A stretch of DNA of 64,000 nt from a virus. Its lineage: Duplodnaviria; Caudoviricetes. Where the stretch lies: the IMG/VR virus record IMGVR_UViG_2974716960_000001, positions 1-64,000 of that record; one strand, given 5' to 3'. The notes beneath the pieces were generated by a model. It was not told the DNA's origin, made no database searches, and saw only the letters and a program-made list of their open reading frames with translations. A program made the position numbers and the translations under genes. Shown piece by piece: positions 9,961-19,189 of this stretch; position 1 is the first letter of the stretch, and every line of letters starts with the position of its first letter.

Positions 9961-10260
9961 ATGGAAGAAAACAAGGAACTGAACGAGCTGGTGGGTACGC
10001 TGTTCGCTGATCTGATTGCTTCGGTGCGGGTGCCTGATCCGCTGCCGGTTGCGCCTGGTCTGGTGGTTAAGAACCCGACTAAGAAGCAGGCTAACGCGCT
10101 GATCAAGGCGACCACGGAGGAAGAGGCTCAGCGCATCATCTTCGGTGATGACTATGAGCGTGCTATGGAGCTGTTCGATCCTCAGCCTGTGCAGGTGTGG
10201 AACGCGTTTATGGCTAAGTACAACGAGCACTTTTTCGGAGATAAGGACTCGGGAAAGTAA
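9961..10260 (+). CDS. Tail assembly chaperone (short form)
   Basis: Between major tail and TMP; ends G GGA AAG TAA. Confidence 0.9.
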   Translation: MEENKELNELVGTLFADLIASVRVPDPLPVAPGLVVKNPTKKQANALIKATTEEEAQRIIFGDDYERAMELFDPQPVQVWNAFMAKYNEHFFGDKDSGK

Positions 10261-10790
10261 TCTACGCTGCGGACATTGTTGAGCGGTATTGGCGTGCGAT
10301 CTGTTGGGATTTCCAAACGATTCTGCACGTCAATGCCCTTGACTACTTCGCAGCGCCGTGCCGGTGCGGTTATTGCCAGGATCGGTACGGGGATGACATA
10401 GGCGCTCGTTATGCGTCTCGTCGGAACTGGGATCAGTTCATCATGTTCTACGAAACCCTGCTGCAAATCCGTGGTTCTTACACGCAGGCGATGTACCTGC
10501 AAGACCCCGACGTGATTGAGCTGCAAGCTAACGCTAAGGATGAGGATTGGAAGGCCGGTAAGCCGCCGCTATTTGGGTGGACGGCGGAGCTGGACGCGTT
10601 GTTCTACATTGCCGATCAGGTGCAGGCGGGCCGGGTCCGTGAGGCTGACCAGTTCAAGCCTTATCCGCGTCCTGAGCTTCCGGCGGAAAAGGAACGTAAG
10701 CGCCGCAAGGAGCAGAAGGTTAACACTGGGCTTGAGGCGGCTATGGCGCGTGGCGTCGAGTCGGCTAAGGCGAAGTGGGTCAAATTATAA
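9961..10790 (+). CDS. Tail assembly chaperone, long form via -1 programmed frameshift
   Basis: Slippery heptamer GGGAAAG at 10251-10257; the -1 frame is open from 10254 (KVIYAADIVERYWRAICWDF...) into the 10443-10790 ORF. Confidence 0.9.
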
Positions 10791-10819
10791 CTGAATAACA
10801 ACTTAATAGAGGGGGCACT

Positions 10820-13800
10820 GTGGCTGAATATATTGCCGCCCAAGCGGGGGTACTTATGGTGCCCACGCTTGGGAAGGGTGCCAATAGCTTTCACCAGAAG
10901 CTACGGACACAACTACAGACGGTGCGTGAGTCTGTCGAGGTCAAGGTTGAGGCTAAGACCGCTGAAATGCTGGCTGAGATTGAATCGGCTAAGCAGGCTG
11001 CGGAGCGCGACCCGATCCGGCTCCGGATTGAGGAGCAGCAGGTTACGCACCAGATCACGTCGATTAAGCGGAAGGTCACTGACCTAAAGGACCAGACGCG
11101 GCGTGGTTTGACCCTGAACGTGGCTGTGGCCGGTATGGCGCAGCTTTCGCAGCTCAGCCTGCTACTTGGGTCGCTCAATACGTCAATCGTGCAGCTAGCG
11201 CAGTCGTCGTTGGTTCTGCCGGGCATCATTGGCGGCCTGGCGTCGTCTTTCGGGGCGGCGATGGTCGGCTCTCGCGGCCTGGCTGACGCGTTCAAGGCGC
11301 AGTCACAGGCTCAGCAGAGCGCGGTGGAGTCTGCACGTCAGCAGCGTGACGCTAACCGTGCGGTGCGGGATTCGACGCGGGAGCTTAATAACGCGATTCG
11401 GGATGCTCGCCGGAATCTTGAGGATTTGAACGCGCAGCTCCGTGACGCCCCGCTGGATGAAGCGGAAGCGATGATGAACCTGCAAGAGGCTATCGCTGAG
11501 GCTAACGACAAGGTTGGCAAGTCGGCGTGGCAGATGCAGAAGGATCAGCTTGGTATTCGGCGGGCTGAGGGCCAGCTTACGGAGACTCGTCGGCGCAATC
11601 TGCGACTACAAGAGGACGTAGCGGAGGCTAACGCTAAGGGCGTTCAGGGTAGTGACGCGGTTGTCGCGGCGACGGAGCGTTTGACTTCGGCGCTTGAGTC
11701 GGCTGCGGACGGCTCTACCGCGATGAAGAAGCTCGCGGACGCTATGGGCAACCTGTCTCCGAACGCTCAGGACTTTGTTAATCGGGTGCGGTCGCTCAGT
11801 GGTGCGTGGCTGGACCTGCGCATGGCTGTGCAGGATCGGCTATTCGCCAATCTGGGGTCCGATATCCAGGGTTTGGCGGGTACGGGCCTGCCACTGCTTG
11901 AACAGGGCTTGACGGGCATTGCAGGGGCCATTAACGGCAACCTGCGTGCGGCTATCTCGTCGCTGGGCGACAGTCAGAATCAGGGATTCCTAGAGCGGCT
12001 GTTCGGTAACACGGAGGACGCGCAGAACCTACTCACTCGGGCTATTGATCCGTTGGTGGGCGGGGTGTTGCGGCTGACGGCGGCTAGCTCCGATTCGCTG
12101 CCGCGTTTGTCGGACGCGTTCGGCGATGTGATGACGCGGTTTGAGAACTTCGTGACTGCGGCTGACGACGATGGGCGTCTTGATAAGTGGATTGACTCTG
12201 GCCTTAAGGCGCTAACCGATCTGGGTAACACTCTGCTGAATATCGGTTCGATCATGAACTCGGTCAGCGAGGCGTTCACCGGTACGGGAGGACGCGGCCT
12301 ACTTGAGCTGCTTAGTGACGGCTCGAAGCGTCTAGCGGATTTCCTTAAGAGCGCCGAGGGGCAGCAGAAGCTTAAGGATATCTTCTACGAGGCGCGGGCT
12401 GAGTTTCAGAAGTGGCGTCCGACGTTGGAGCAGATTCCAGGCATTCTCAAGAATGTGCAGGACGCGGCTCAGCGGTGGGCAAACATGCTGTTGCCGTTCC
12501 TGAATACGGCGGCGACTCTGCTTAAGAACCATCCTGGTCTTATTCAGACGATTTTGTATGCGTGGCTGGGTTGGCGGACTATCCAGCCGATCCTGACGGG
12601 CGTTAAGACGGGGCTGGATGGCCTTACTAAGGCGCTTGACATGGTGTCGAACGCGTTTGGTAATGGCAGTTCCGGCGCTAACGGTAAGGCTTCGCGTTTC
12701 AGTAGCTTGATGGCTGTTGGTGGGCCTATCGCTGTGGGTGTGAGCGCGGTGGCTGCGCTGTTGCTTAACCAGTACGTGAATGCGCAGCAGGAGGCCGCTG
12801 AGTCGACTGCTTACCACGCGGACATGGTTGCGCGGTTGCGCGGCGAAATGGATGCGCTGTCTGGGTCGTTGACGCAGCAGGGTTTGACTGAGAAGTTGGG
12901 CCGGGCTGGCGGTTTCGTTGATCCTAACGAGTCGGACGCTAAGCCGCGTGACTTGCCGGGGTTGGCTCAGAGTGAGTTCAACATTAACCGGGAGCTGTTC
13001 GGGCAGGCTTTGACGCCGACGAATCAGGCTGCGCGTGACCAGGTTATCGGGACGGCTCGGCGGGCGATCCTTGACGAGCTGAACTCTAAGCCGTTGTCTG
13101 CGTTCGTTGGTGAGGATGACGCGAAGTTCCTTGAAGTGCTGAATAAGCAGCGTAAGCCGGAAGCTCAGATCAACAATGATGTTCTGGCTCGGGCGCTTAC
13201 GGGTGATAATCAGGCTCGGGAGCTGTTTGAGAAGTCGGGGGCTTCGTTCTCGCTTAGCGATCTGCTGTATGGCTACAACAATCCGTTGTCGTGGCTGCCG
13301 GGGTCGCGTAACGATGACACGCCGGGTCTGTCTCAGCGTGCTCGTGCGGGTGCGAATATCAGCCGGTTCGTTATGGACGACACCAACCACGCGTTGCAGG
13401 TTGGCGCGGAAGTGCGGTCCAACAATGAGGCTGTTACTGGCCGGGCGCAGTTTAAGCCGGGCACGCCTAACCCGTTCGCGGGTCTGGGTAGTCCTTCGCC
13501 GTACTACGAGCCTGGGGGCCAGGGCGCGGCGGGTGTGCGTGTCGATATGCGTTTCAGCGATATCCAGCGCAACCATCCGGACCTAGTTGAGAACATTCGG
13601 AAGAACGGTGGCCGGTTCGAGGAGCTGGCTGACGGCACGGTGATCCACCTTGACGCGGACCGCGCGGGTATGTACTTGCAGCCTGCGCCTACGGCAGCTA
13701 CGGGTGGTTTGTTCAGTGGGCCGGGGACGGGTCGTAGTGACTCGATTCTGGCTCGGGTGTCTAACGGCGAGTTCATCACTCGCGCCGATTCTGTGGCTAA

Positions 13801-15931
13801 GTACGGACAGGAGTTCTTTCACGCTCTTAACAAGGGTGAGATTGATCCGTCCATGCTGCCTGGTTTCGACGGTGGTGGTCTGGTCGGTAGTCCGTTTGAC
13901 CCGAATCCGTTGCCGATCAGTGGGTTTGCGCCTAAGCCGTTGCCTCCGGTTCCGGCTGCGCCGCCGGGGGCGTTCGATGCGCCGACGCCGTTGGACATGC
14001 TGCCTAAGCCGGTTATTCCGCTTCCGGACCTTGCGAATCCTGGTCTCTACGATCCGTCTACCGGCAAGTACGGTGCTGCGCCAGCGTCAGCGACTCAGCG
14101 TCCGCTTAAGCCAGGTGTCGACGGCGACAAGGGCGAGTCGAGCGGGCCTAATGTGCCGCCGACTGATCCGCGTTCGCCTGCGTACCCTGCTCACGGCCTG
14201 GGTGGTTCGCCAGGGCCGGGTAACGGCATCCCGCATTTGACGGGAGCTGCGCCGGGGCCGGGCACGCCGACTGTTGCTGGTTTGGCTCTGCCGGGGCTTA
14301 CGCCTCAGGCGGGTATGCCGGGCAGTGTCCCGAATCCAGGTCTGACGCCTAGTGCGAACGACCCGATGGGCTTGGCTGGTCTACCTAAGGAGTTGCAGCC
14401 GGTAGGCATCTTGGAGCAGATCGGTGAGATTCTGCTTAGCGCGGTGCTGGGCTTCTTTGGCATTGATCCGACGTACTTCAATATCGGTAAGCGCATCTTT
14501 ACGGGGCTAACCGGAAGTAACGACGATAAGAACAATAAGCCACGTGACGCTGACCCTCAGGTTCAGCAGATCATTGACGGTTACCCGACTGATTTGCAGA
14601 CTCAGTATCCGTTCGTGGGCACGCTTAACGGCGCGTCGGTATCTCCGGCTGCGCAGCGTGCGGCGAATATGGCTGAGCTTATGGCTGGCAAGCCGTATGT
14701 GTGGGGTGGTGGTGGCCTTGATGGCACTGACTGCTCGGGTCTGGTGATGTACGTTGCCGACGCGCTTAACGGTAAGCCGTTCTCGGGTCGTACGGGTGGT
14801 ACTGGCGGGTTCGCTCAGTCCATTCCGGCTAAGGGTGGCGTGATCATTAGTGATCCTTCTCAGGCTCCACCGGGTACGTACCGGATTGGTTGGAATGCTG
14901 CGCATACGGCGGCAACGCTGCCTGATGGTCGGAACATTGAGTCGAGCACGTACGACAAGCCGATTGCGGTTGGGTCGGGGGCTTCGGGTTATAACGATCC
15001 GCAGTTCACGAACTGGGCGTACTTCCCGTTGCCTAGCTTCGCTAGTGGTGGGTTCCTGAGTGGTGCCGGTACGGGCCGCTCGGATTCGATGCTGGCGCGG
15101 GTTAGTAACGGTGAGTTCATCACTCGTGCGGATTCGGTCGCTAAGTACGGTCGGGGCTTCTTTGAGGCTATTAACTCGGGGCGGATTGATCCGTCGATGC
15201 TGCCGGGCTTCGCGCCTGGTGGTATGCCGTTGCCTCCGGTGACGCCGTTGCCGACGCCTCAGCCAGCTCCACCGCCGCCAGTTGCGACGGCTGCGCCGAA
15301 TGGTGCGCCTGCCGATCCGGCTGCGCCGCCTCCACCGGTTGAGCCTGTTGTCCCTACGGAGACGGCAGAGCAGGCGCTTGGTGGGCTTGGTAGCGCGCTG
15401 TCTGGCACTAACGCCGGGTCGAGCGGGCAGTTGCCGGGTGCGGCTGCGCCGGAGGGTGCTACGCCGGGCGTTGATCCGCGTTCTGTTGCGGGGGCCGCGC
15501 CGACGAACCTTGACCACAACAACCCTGCCTTGAGCAAGGGTATTCAGTCAGGGTTTACGCATGTGGGCAGCTTGATTGCCACGGCAGCGTCTATGGGCGC
15601 TGGCGCGGCGGGTGCGGCTGCGCCGGGAGCTGGTGCTGCCGGTGGTGCGGCTGGTGCTGGTATTCAGGCTGGCGCGCAGATTGCGGGGCAGGTCGCTAGC
15701 GGCGCTGTCAACATTCTGTCGAGCTTGCTGGTGGGCACGCTGTCTGGTGGTTCGTCACCTAACGCGTATGGCGCTCCGGTGCTGCCTCAGCAGCCTCAGG
15801 GTGGCGGTCTGGGTGGACCGGCTGTGGTTAACAACTACGGCGATATCCACACGGCTTCTTATGACCAGTTCTATCAGGGTCAGCAGAGGCGTGAAGCTCA
15901 GACGCAGGTTCCATTCCTGCCGATGAAGTAA
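10820..15931 (+). CDS. Tape measure protein with NlpC/P60-like peptidoglycan hydrolase domain
   Basis: 1703 aa, Ala/Gly-rich helical, follows chaperone; KPYVWGG...DCSGL...HTAA motif near C-terminus. Confidence 0.95.
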   Translation: MAEYIAAQAGVLMVPTLGKGANSFHQKLRTQLQTVRESVEVKVEAKTAEMLAEIESAKQAAERDPIRLRIEEQQVTHQITSIKRKVTDLKDQTRRGLTLNVAVAGMAQLSQLSLLLGSLNTSIVQLAQSSLVLPGIIGGLASSFGAAMVGSRGLADAFKAQSQAQQSAVESARQQRDANRAVRDSTRELNNAIRDARRNLEDLNAQLRDAPLDEAEAMMNLQEAIAEANDKVGKSAWQMQKDQLGIRRAEGQLTETRRRNLRLQEDVAEANAKGVQGSDAVVAATERLTSALESAADGSTAMKKLADAMGNLSPNAQDFVNRVRSLSGAWLDLRMAVQDRLFANLGSDIQGLAGTGLPLLEQGLTGIAGAINGNLRAAISSLGDSQNQGFLERLFGNTEDAQNLLTRAIDPLVGGVLRLTAASSDSLPRLSDAFGDVMTRFENFVTAADDDGRLDKWIDSGLKALTDLGNTLLNIGSIMNSVSEAFTGTGGRGLLELLSDGSKRLADFLKSAEGQQKLKDIFYEARAEFQKWRPTLEQIPGILKNVQDAAQRWANMLLPFLNTAATLLKNHPGLIQTILYAWLGWRTIQPILTGVKTGLDGLTKALDMVSNAFGNGSSGANGKASRFSSLMAVGGPIAVGVSAVAALLLNQYVNAQQEAAESTAYHADMVARLRGEMDALSGSLTQQGLTEKLGRAGGFVDPNESDAKPRDLPGLAQSEFNINRELFGQALTPTNQAARDQVIGTARRAILDELNSKPLSAFVGEDDAKFLEVLNKQRKPEAQINNDVLARALTGDNQARELFEKSGASFSLSDLLYGYNNPLSWLPGSRNDDTPGLSQRARAGANISRFVMDDTNHALQVGAEVRSNNEAVTGRAQFKPGTPNPFAGLGSPSPYYEPGGQGAAGVRVDMRFSDIQRNHPDLVENIRKNGGRFEELADGTVIHLDADRAGMYLQPAPTAATGGLFSGPGTGRSDSILARVSNGEFITRADSVAKYGQEFFHALNKGEIDPSMLPGFDGGGLVGSPFDPNPLPISGFAPKPLPPVPAAPPGAFDAPTPLDMLPKPVIPLPDLANPGLYDPSTGKYGAAPASATQRPLKPGVDGDKGESSGPNVPPTDPRSPAYPAHGLGGSPGPGNGIPHLTGAAPGPGTPTVAGLALPGLTPQAGMPGSVPNPGLTPSANDPMGLAGLPKELQPVGILEQIGEILLSAVLGFFGIDPTYFNIGKRIFTGLTGSNDDKNNKPRDADPQVQQIIDGYPTDLQTQYPFVGTLNGASVSPAAQRAANMAELMAGKPYVWGGGGLDGTDCSGLVMYVADALNGKPFSGRTGGTGGFAQSIPAKGGVIISDPSQAPPGTYRIGWNAAHTAATLPDGRNIESSTYDKPIAVGSGASGYNDPQFTNWAYFPLPSFASGGFLSGAGTGRSDSMLARVSNGEFITRADSVAKYGRGFFEAINSGRIDPSMLPGFAPGGMPLPPVTPLPTPQPAPPPPVATAAPNGAPADPAAPPPPVEPVVPTETAEQALGGLGSALSGTNAGSSGQLPGAAAPEGATPGVDPRSVAGAAPTNLDHNNPALSKGIQSGFTHVGSLIATAASMGAGAAGAAAPGAGAAGGAAGAGIQAGAQIAGQVASGAVNILSSLLVGTLSGGSSPNAYGAPVLPQQPQGGGLGGPAVVNNYGDIHTASYDQFYQGQQRREAQTQVPFLPMK

Positions 15932-15949
15932 ACACTCTAACGACGGGTT

Positions 15950-15998
15950 AGCCCCGCTCGAATGCCGGTATTACTCCGGTGGCCGGGCGGGGCTTTCC
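15950..15998 (+). terminator. Hairpin / possible intrinsic terminator after TMP
   Basis: AGCCCCGCTCG (15950-15960) pairs with CGGGCGGGGCT (15984-15994), then TTCC. Confidence 0.55.
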
Positions 15999-16019
15999 TG
16001 TTAGAAAGACAACTGAATA

Positions 16020-16934
16020 GTGAGCGATTACGTCAAGATTACTTTGACGGGTCGGGATGGTTCTACCTGGTGCTTGTCGGGCGCTGGCGCGGGTCGAGAG
16101 GGTGTCACCCTTTCCCCGAATGTCCAGAATCTTATTGATGCGCCGGTTAAGACTTTGTGGACGCCCGGCCCTTTTGGTGAGCAGTACGCCGGTAAGCGTG
16201 TGCGTCGGCGCGAGGTCATTTTCTCTGTCCAGGTTGGGCATGAGGGCTTTGATCCTGATACGTGGGCCACGGTCGATTCACGTTGGCGTTGGGCCTGGGA
16301 TTACGACCAGGAATGCACGCTAACTGTCGAGACTAGCGACGGCATTCGGAGCCTTAAGCTCCGGCTGCTAGAGGAGCCTAAGGCTTACGGGGCGAAAGAC
16401 CCATTCCTTACGGGCGACTGCGAAGTGATGATGACGACGGTCGCTGAGTTCCCGTATTGGGTGAGCGAGCCGGACGTTTTCATCTGGAAAACGCCGAACC
16501 TTGCGGACCGCACGACGGTGTTTGTTGCCAATAACGGTGACGTGCCGGTGTGGCTGCGGTGGACGTTTACCGCGCCTGGTACGTGGACGCTTCCCGATTT
16601 CTCGTGGGAAAACGACATGTACGCGCGGGGCGAAATGGACCGTGGCCGAACGCTGGTGCTGCCTGAGCTTAAGCAGGGCGAGAGCATCACGGTTGATTCA
16701 GACCCGCGTGTCCAGACGATTGTGGCCGCTAATGATGCGCCTGTTCAGCACAGGTGGAAGGGCAACGATCTGCTGTACCCGCTGATGCCGGGCAAGAGCG
16801 GTGAGCTGCCGGTTGGGTTCAAGGCTAAGCCGACTGAGCCGGGGTCTGAGAATGGCGGCGCTTTCAAGCTAACCGTCCCTAAGTGGTATTCGCGTCCGTG
16901 GTCGCGTCCGCATGTGATTCGGACGGTGCATTAA
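16020..16934 (+). CDS. Minor tail protein (distal tail-like)
   Basis: First gene after TMP; ITLTGRDGSTWCL start typical of actinophage minor tails. Confidence 0.85.
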   Translation: MSDYVKITLTGRDGSTWCLSGAGAGREGVTLSPNVQNLIDAPVKTLWTPGPFGEQYAGKRVRRREVIFSVQVGHEGFDPDTWATVDSRWRWAWDYDQECTLTVETSDGIRSLKLRLLEEPKAYGAKDPFLTGDCEVMMTTVAEFPYWVSEPDVFIWKTPNLADRTTVFVANNGDVPVWLRWTFTAPGTWTLPDFSWENDMYARGEMDRGRTLVLPELKQGESITVDSDPRVQTIVAANDAPVQHRWKGNDLLYPLMPGKSGELPVGFKAKPTEPGSENGGAFKLTVPKWYSRPWSRPHVIRTVH

Positions 16935-18668
16935 ATGTGGCAGGACAGTGACCTTTGGGATATTGACAAGTCTTGCGATTACTACCGTGGTCGGCACGAG
17001 TCGATGCGGAAGGCGCACCCGCTAATCCGTATTTGGATTAACGACCCTGAGAATAGTCATGGCGCTGTCTGTGTCGGGCGGGTCGACTTTACGGACACCA
17101 TTAAGGGTTCGTTCCCATTTAAGAACAACACGGCCACGCAGGGCGTGTTGCAAATCCGAGACGATCATTACATCGCTCTGTTCCTTAAGCGGTTGCCGCA
17201 GGATGAGCGTTACCAGAAGAACGTAATGATCACGGTAGATTTTTACGGCGGCGCTAAGCGCTGGTCGGGGTTGCTGGATAAGTGGAACATTAAGACCACT
17301 GAGGACGGCGCTAAGTATTTTGAAATGACGTTTCAGGACGACCTGACGTATTTGCAATACCTACTGTGCCCTCCTAATCCGTTCTTGCCGATTCCGGTAT
17401 TTCAGTTCCCACGCATGTTCATGCTGGCTGGCCCTAGTAAATGGGCTATCTCAATGCTTATTCTCCTTAACCTGCTAAGGGTCGAGGGGAACCTTTGGGA
17501 ATTGCCGGACGACCCGTTTGACCCTGAGGAGTGGGACCAGATTCTTGATTGGTCCGACTGGCAGGTTCATATCAAGGGTTCGCCGTGGCTGGTGGACGAC
17601 TCGTCTATGTGGACGTTCCTGTCTGCGCGTATGAATCCGGTGGACGCGGTTATCGCTGATGCGCTGGACGATTGCCAGCTCACGATGACGTACCGCCGAG
17701 TCCTTACGGACGATGGCGAGGTCGCGGACGGCCTGATGGGCATTGCGGACGGTACGCGCGTTAAGAACGGCGCGCTGGTGTTCGAGGTTGTCGATAACTC
17801 TAACGCGCACGCTTTCGATGGCACGTTCCTGTCGGGCACGGTCATTGACGGTTTCGCGCGGTCGCTGATCACGTATGGCGGCGGGTTTGTTGAGGATGTG
17901 TTTAACCAGGTCGGGGAGGACTCGACTCTGCATCCGGACGAGTATTACCAGTCCGGTTGGTTGGGCACTATCGCTAAGCAGCCGTGGCTAGTTATCCGTG
18001 ACAGTGAGTGGACGCCGATTACGTCGTCTGACATGTCGTGGGGTCCGTCTAAGAACGTATCCGTTGTTGTGGGTGGTGATAACCCGGCGGCGGACGCCAT
18101 TGCAAAGCTGATCATTGAGACGACTGGCGCGCTTATCGGCTATTTCCTATTGGCTGGGTTCTCCGGCTTGGGCAGTATCGCGGCTGACGTGATTATGCCG
18201 TTCCTGGTGGGAACTATCGCGGCCTGGCTGCAATGGAAGAACACCGGGCGGGCTAACGCGCTTGGCTGGATGCACTACTGGGAGCTGTATCAGGCCGGTG
18301 CCGAGAATAACTCTTGGTCCCTGGCTGCGCTTAGCGCGCTTCGTGGTGGGTTCCTAGTCGGTAAGTCTGAGACGACTCACCTGGTGGCGCTGCACGATTC
18401 GTGGGCTATTCCTGGTCTGCATTTCGATATCGGTCACCGGATCGGTACGACGGTGGATTCGCCGGGCGTGCAGGACATTGTTTGGGTTAACCAGGTCGAG
18501 GAAATGGTTGCGGAGTGGGATAACTCCGGCGACGGACAGCCGTACGCGTGGGTCATTAAGGCCGGTAAGTCGCAGCGGAACATGAGCGTCGGTGAGCGCC
18601 TGGCGCGGCTATCGAAGAAGTTCCTAGATGCAATTAACAACGTCGGTGTTCACCTTGTGCAGGGTTAA
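16935..18668 (+). CDS. Minor tail protein (baseplate hub-like)
   Basis: Second gene after TMP, 577 aa; RWSGLLD, CPPNPFLP motifs. Confidence 0.85.
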   Translation: MWQDSDLWDIDKSCDYYRGRHESMRKAHPLIRIWINDPENSHGAVCVGRVDFTDTIKGSFPFKNNTATQGVLQIRDDHYIALFLKRLPQDERYQKNVMITVDFYGGAKRWSGLLDKWNIKTTEDGAKYFEMTFQDDLTYLQYLLCPPNPFLPIPVFQFPRMFMLAGPSKWAISMLILLNLLRVEGNLWELPDDPFDPEEWDQILDWSDWQVHIKGSPWLVDDSSMWTFLSARMNPVDAVIADALDDCQLTMTYRRVLTDDGEVADGLMGIADGTRVKNGALVFEVVDNSNAHAFDGTFLSGTVIDGFARSLITYGGGFVEDVFNQVGEDSTLHPDEYYQSGWLGTIAKQPWLVIRDSEWTPITSSDMSWGPSKNVSVVVGGDNPAADAIAKLIIETTGALIGYFLLAGFSGLGSIAADVIMPFLVGTIAAWLQWKNTGRANALGWMHYWELYQAGAENNSWSLAALSALRGGFLVGKSETTHLVALHDSWAIPGLHFDIGHRIGTTVDSPGVQDIVWVNQVEEMVAEWDNSGDGQPYAWVIKAGKSQRNMSVGERLARLSKKFLDAINNVGVHLVQG

Positions 18669-18691
18669 TCCGACTTAGGGGGAGATAAGTA

Positions 18692-19189
18692 ATGCTATCG
18701 CAGAACGAATGCGACATGGAGAATCCGGAACAGTTTGCGGCGTGGGCGTTCGCTGCGGGGGTACCTGACCCTCGCGGCGAGCGTTACCCGAATCAGCCTT
18801 TGATTCCCGCTAAGTGTTTCGCGGGCTTGTCGCAGATGCTTTGGGATTTCGGTTTCCGTTGGCATGAGGATAAGCAGGTCAAGTGGGTTAGTCCTCGGAC
18901 CGGGCCGACGCGCAACTTTGAGGCGTGGGGCAGCACGGATATTAAGCCTGAGGACATTATGGGCGACGTTGCCCAGATGGCGGTTGAGGAGTTCCCGCAG
19001 ATCGCGGCCAAGGTTGCGTCGGTGACTCCGGAGAAGCACCAGGAAGCGCTTGAAGAGGCGACTAAGGACTTGCTTAGCAAGATTGAGCGTCTTAGTGAGG
19101 CGCGGGCGCGTATGGAGAGCCGTTTGGCTGAGCGCGCGGACCGGGAGGTAACTCCGGAAGCGGAGGCGGTCGATGGCGGGTCTGCCTAG
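18692..19189 (+). CDS. Minor tail protein (DUF2744-like)
   Basis: CDMENPEQFAAWAF...SQMLWDFGFRWH pattern; synteny. Confidence 0.7.
   Translation: MLSQNECDMENPEQFAAWAFAAGVPDPRGERYPNQPLIPAKCFAGLSQMLWDFGFRWHEDKQVKWVSPRTGPTRNFEAWGSTDIKPEDIMGDVAQMAVEEFPQIAAKVASVTPEKHQEALEEATKDLLSKIERLSEARARMESRLAERADREVTPEAEAVDGGSA

Noticed and set aside
12332-13576. 414-aa minus-strand ORF, and similar long antisense ORFs (14507-15517, 9009-9680, 24196-24813, 38507-39127, 57372-58331)
   Set aside because: They lie wholly antisense to well-supported genes and have Arg/low-complexity composition with no motifs. These are typical shadow ORFs of GC-rich coding DNA.
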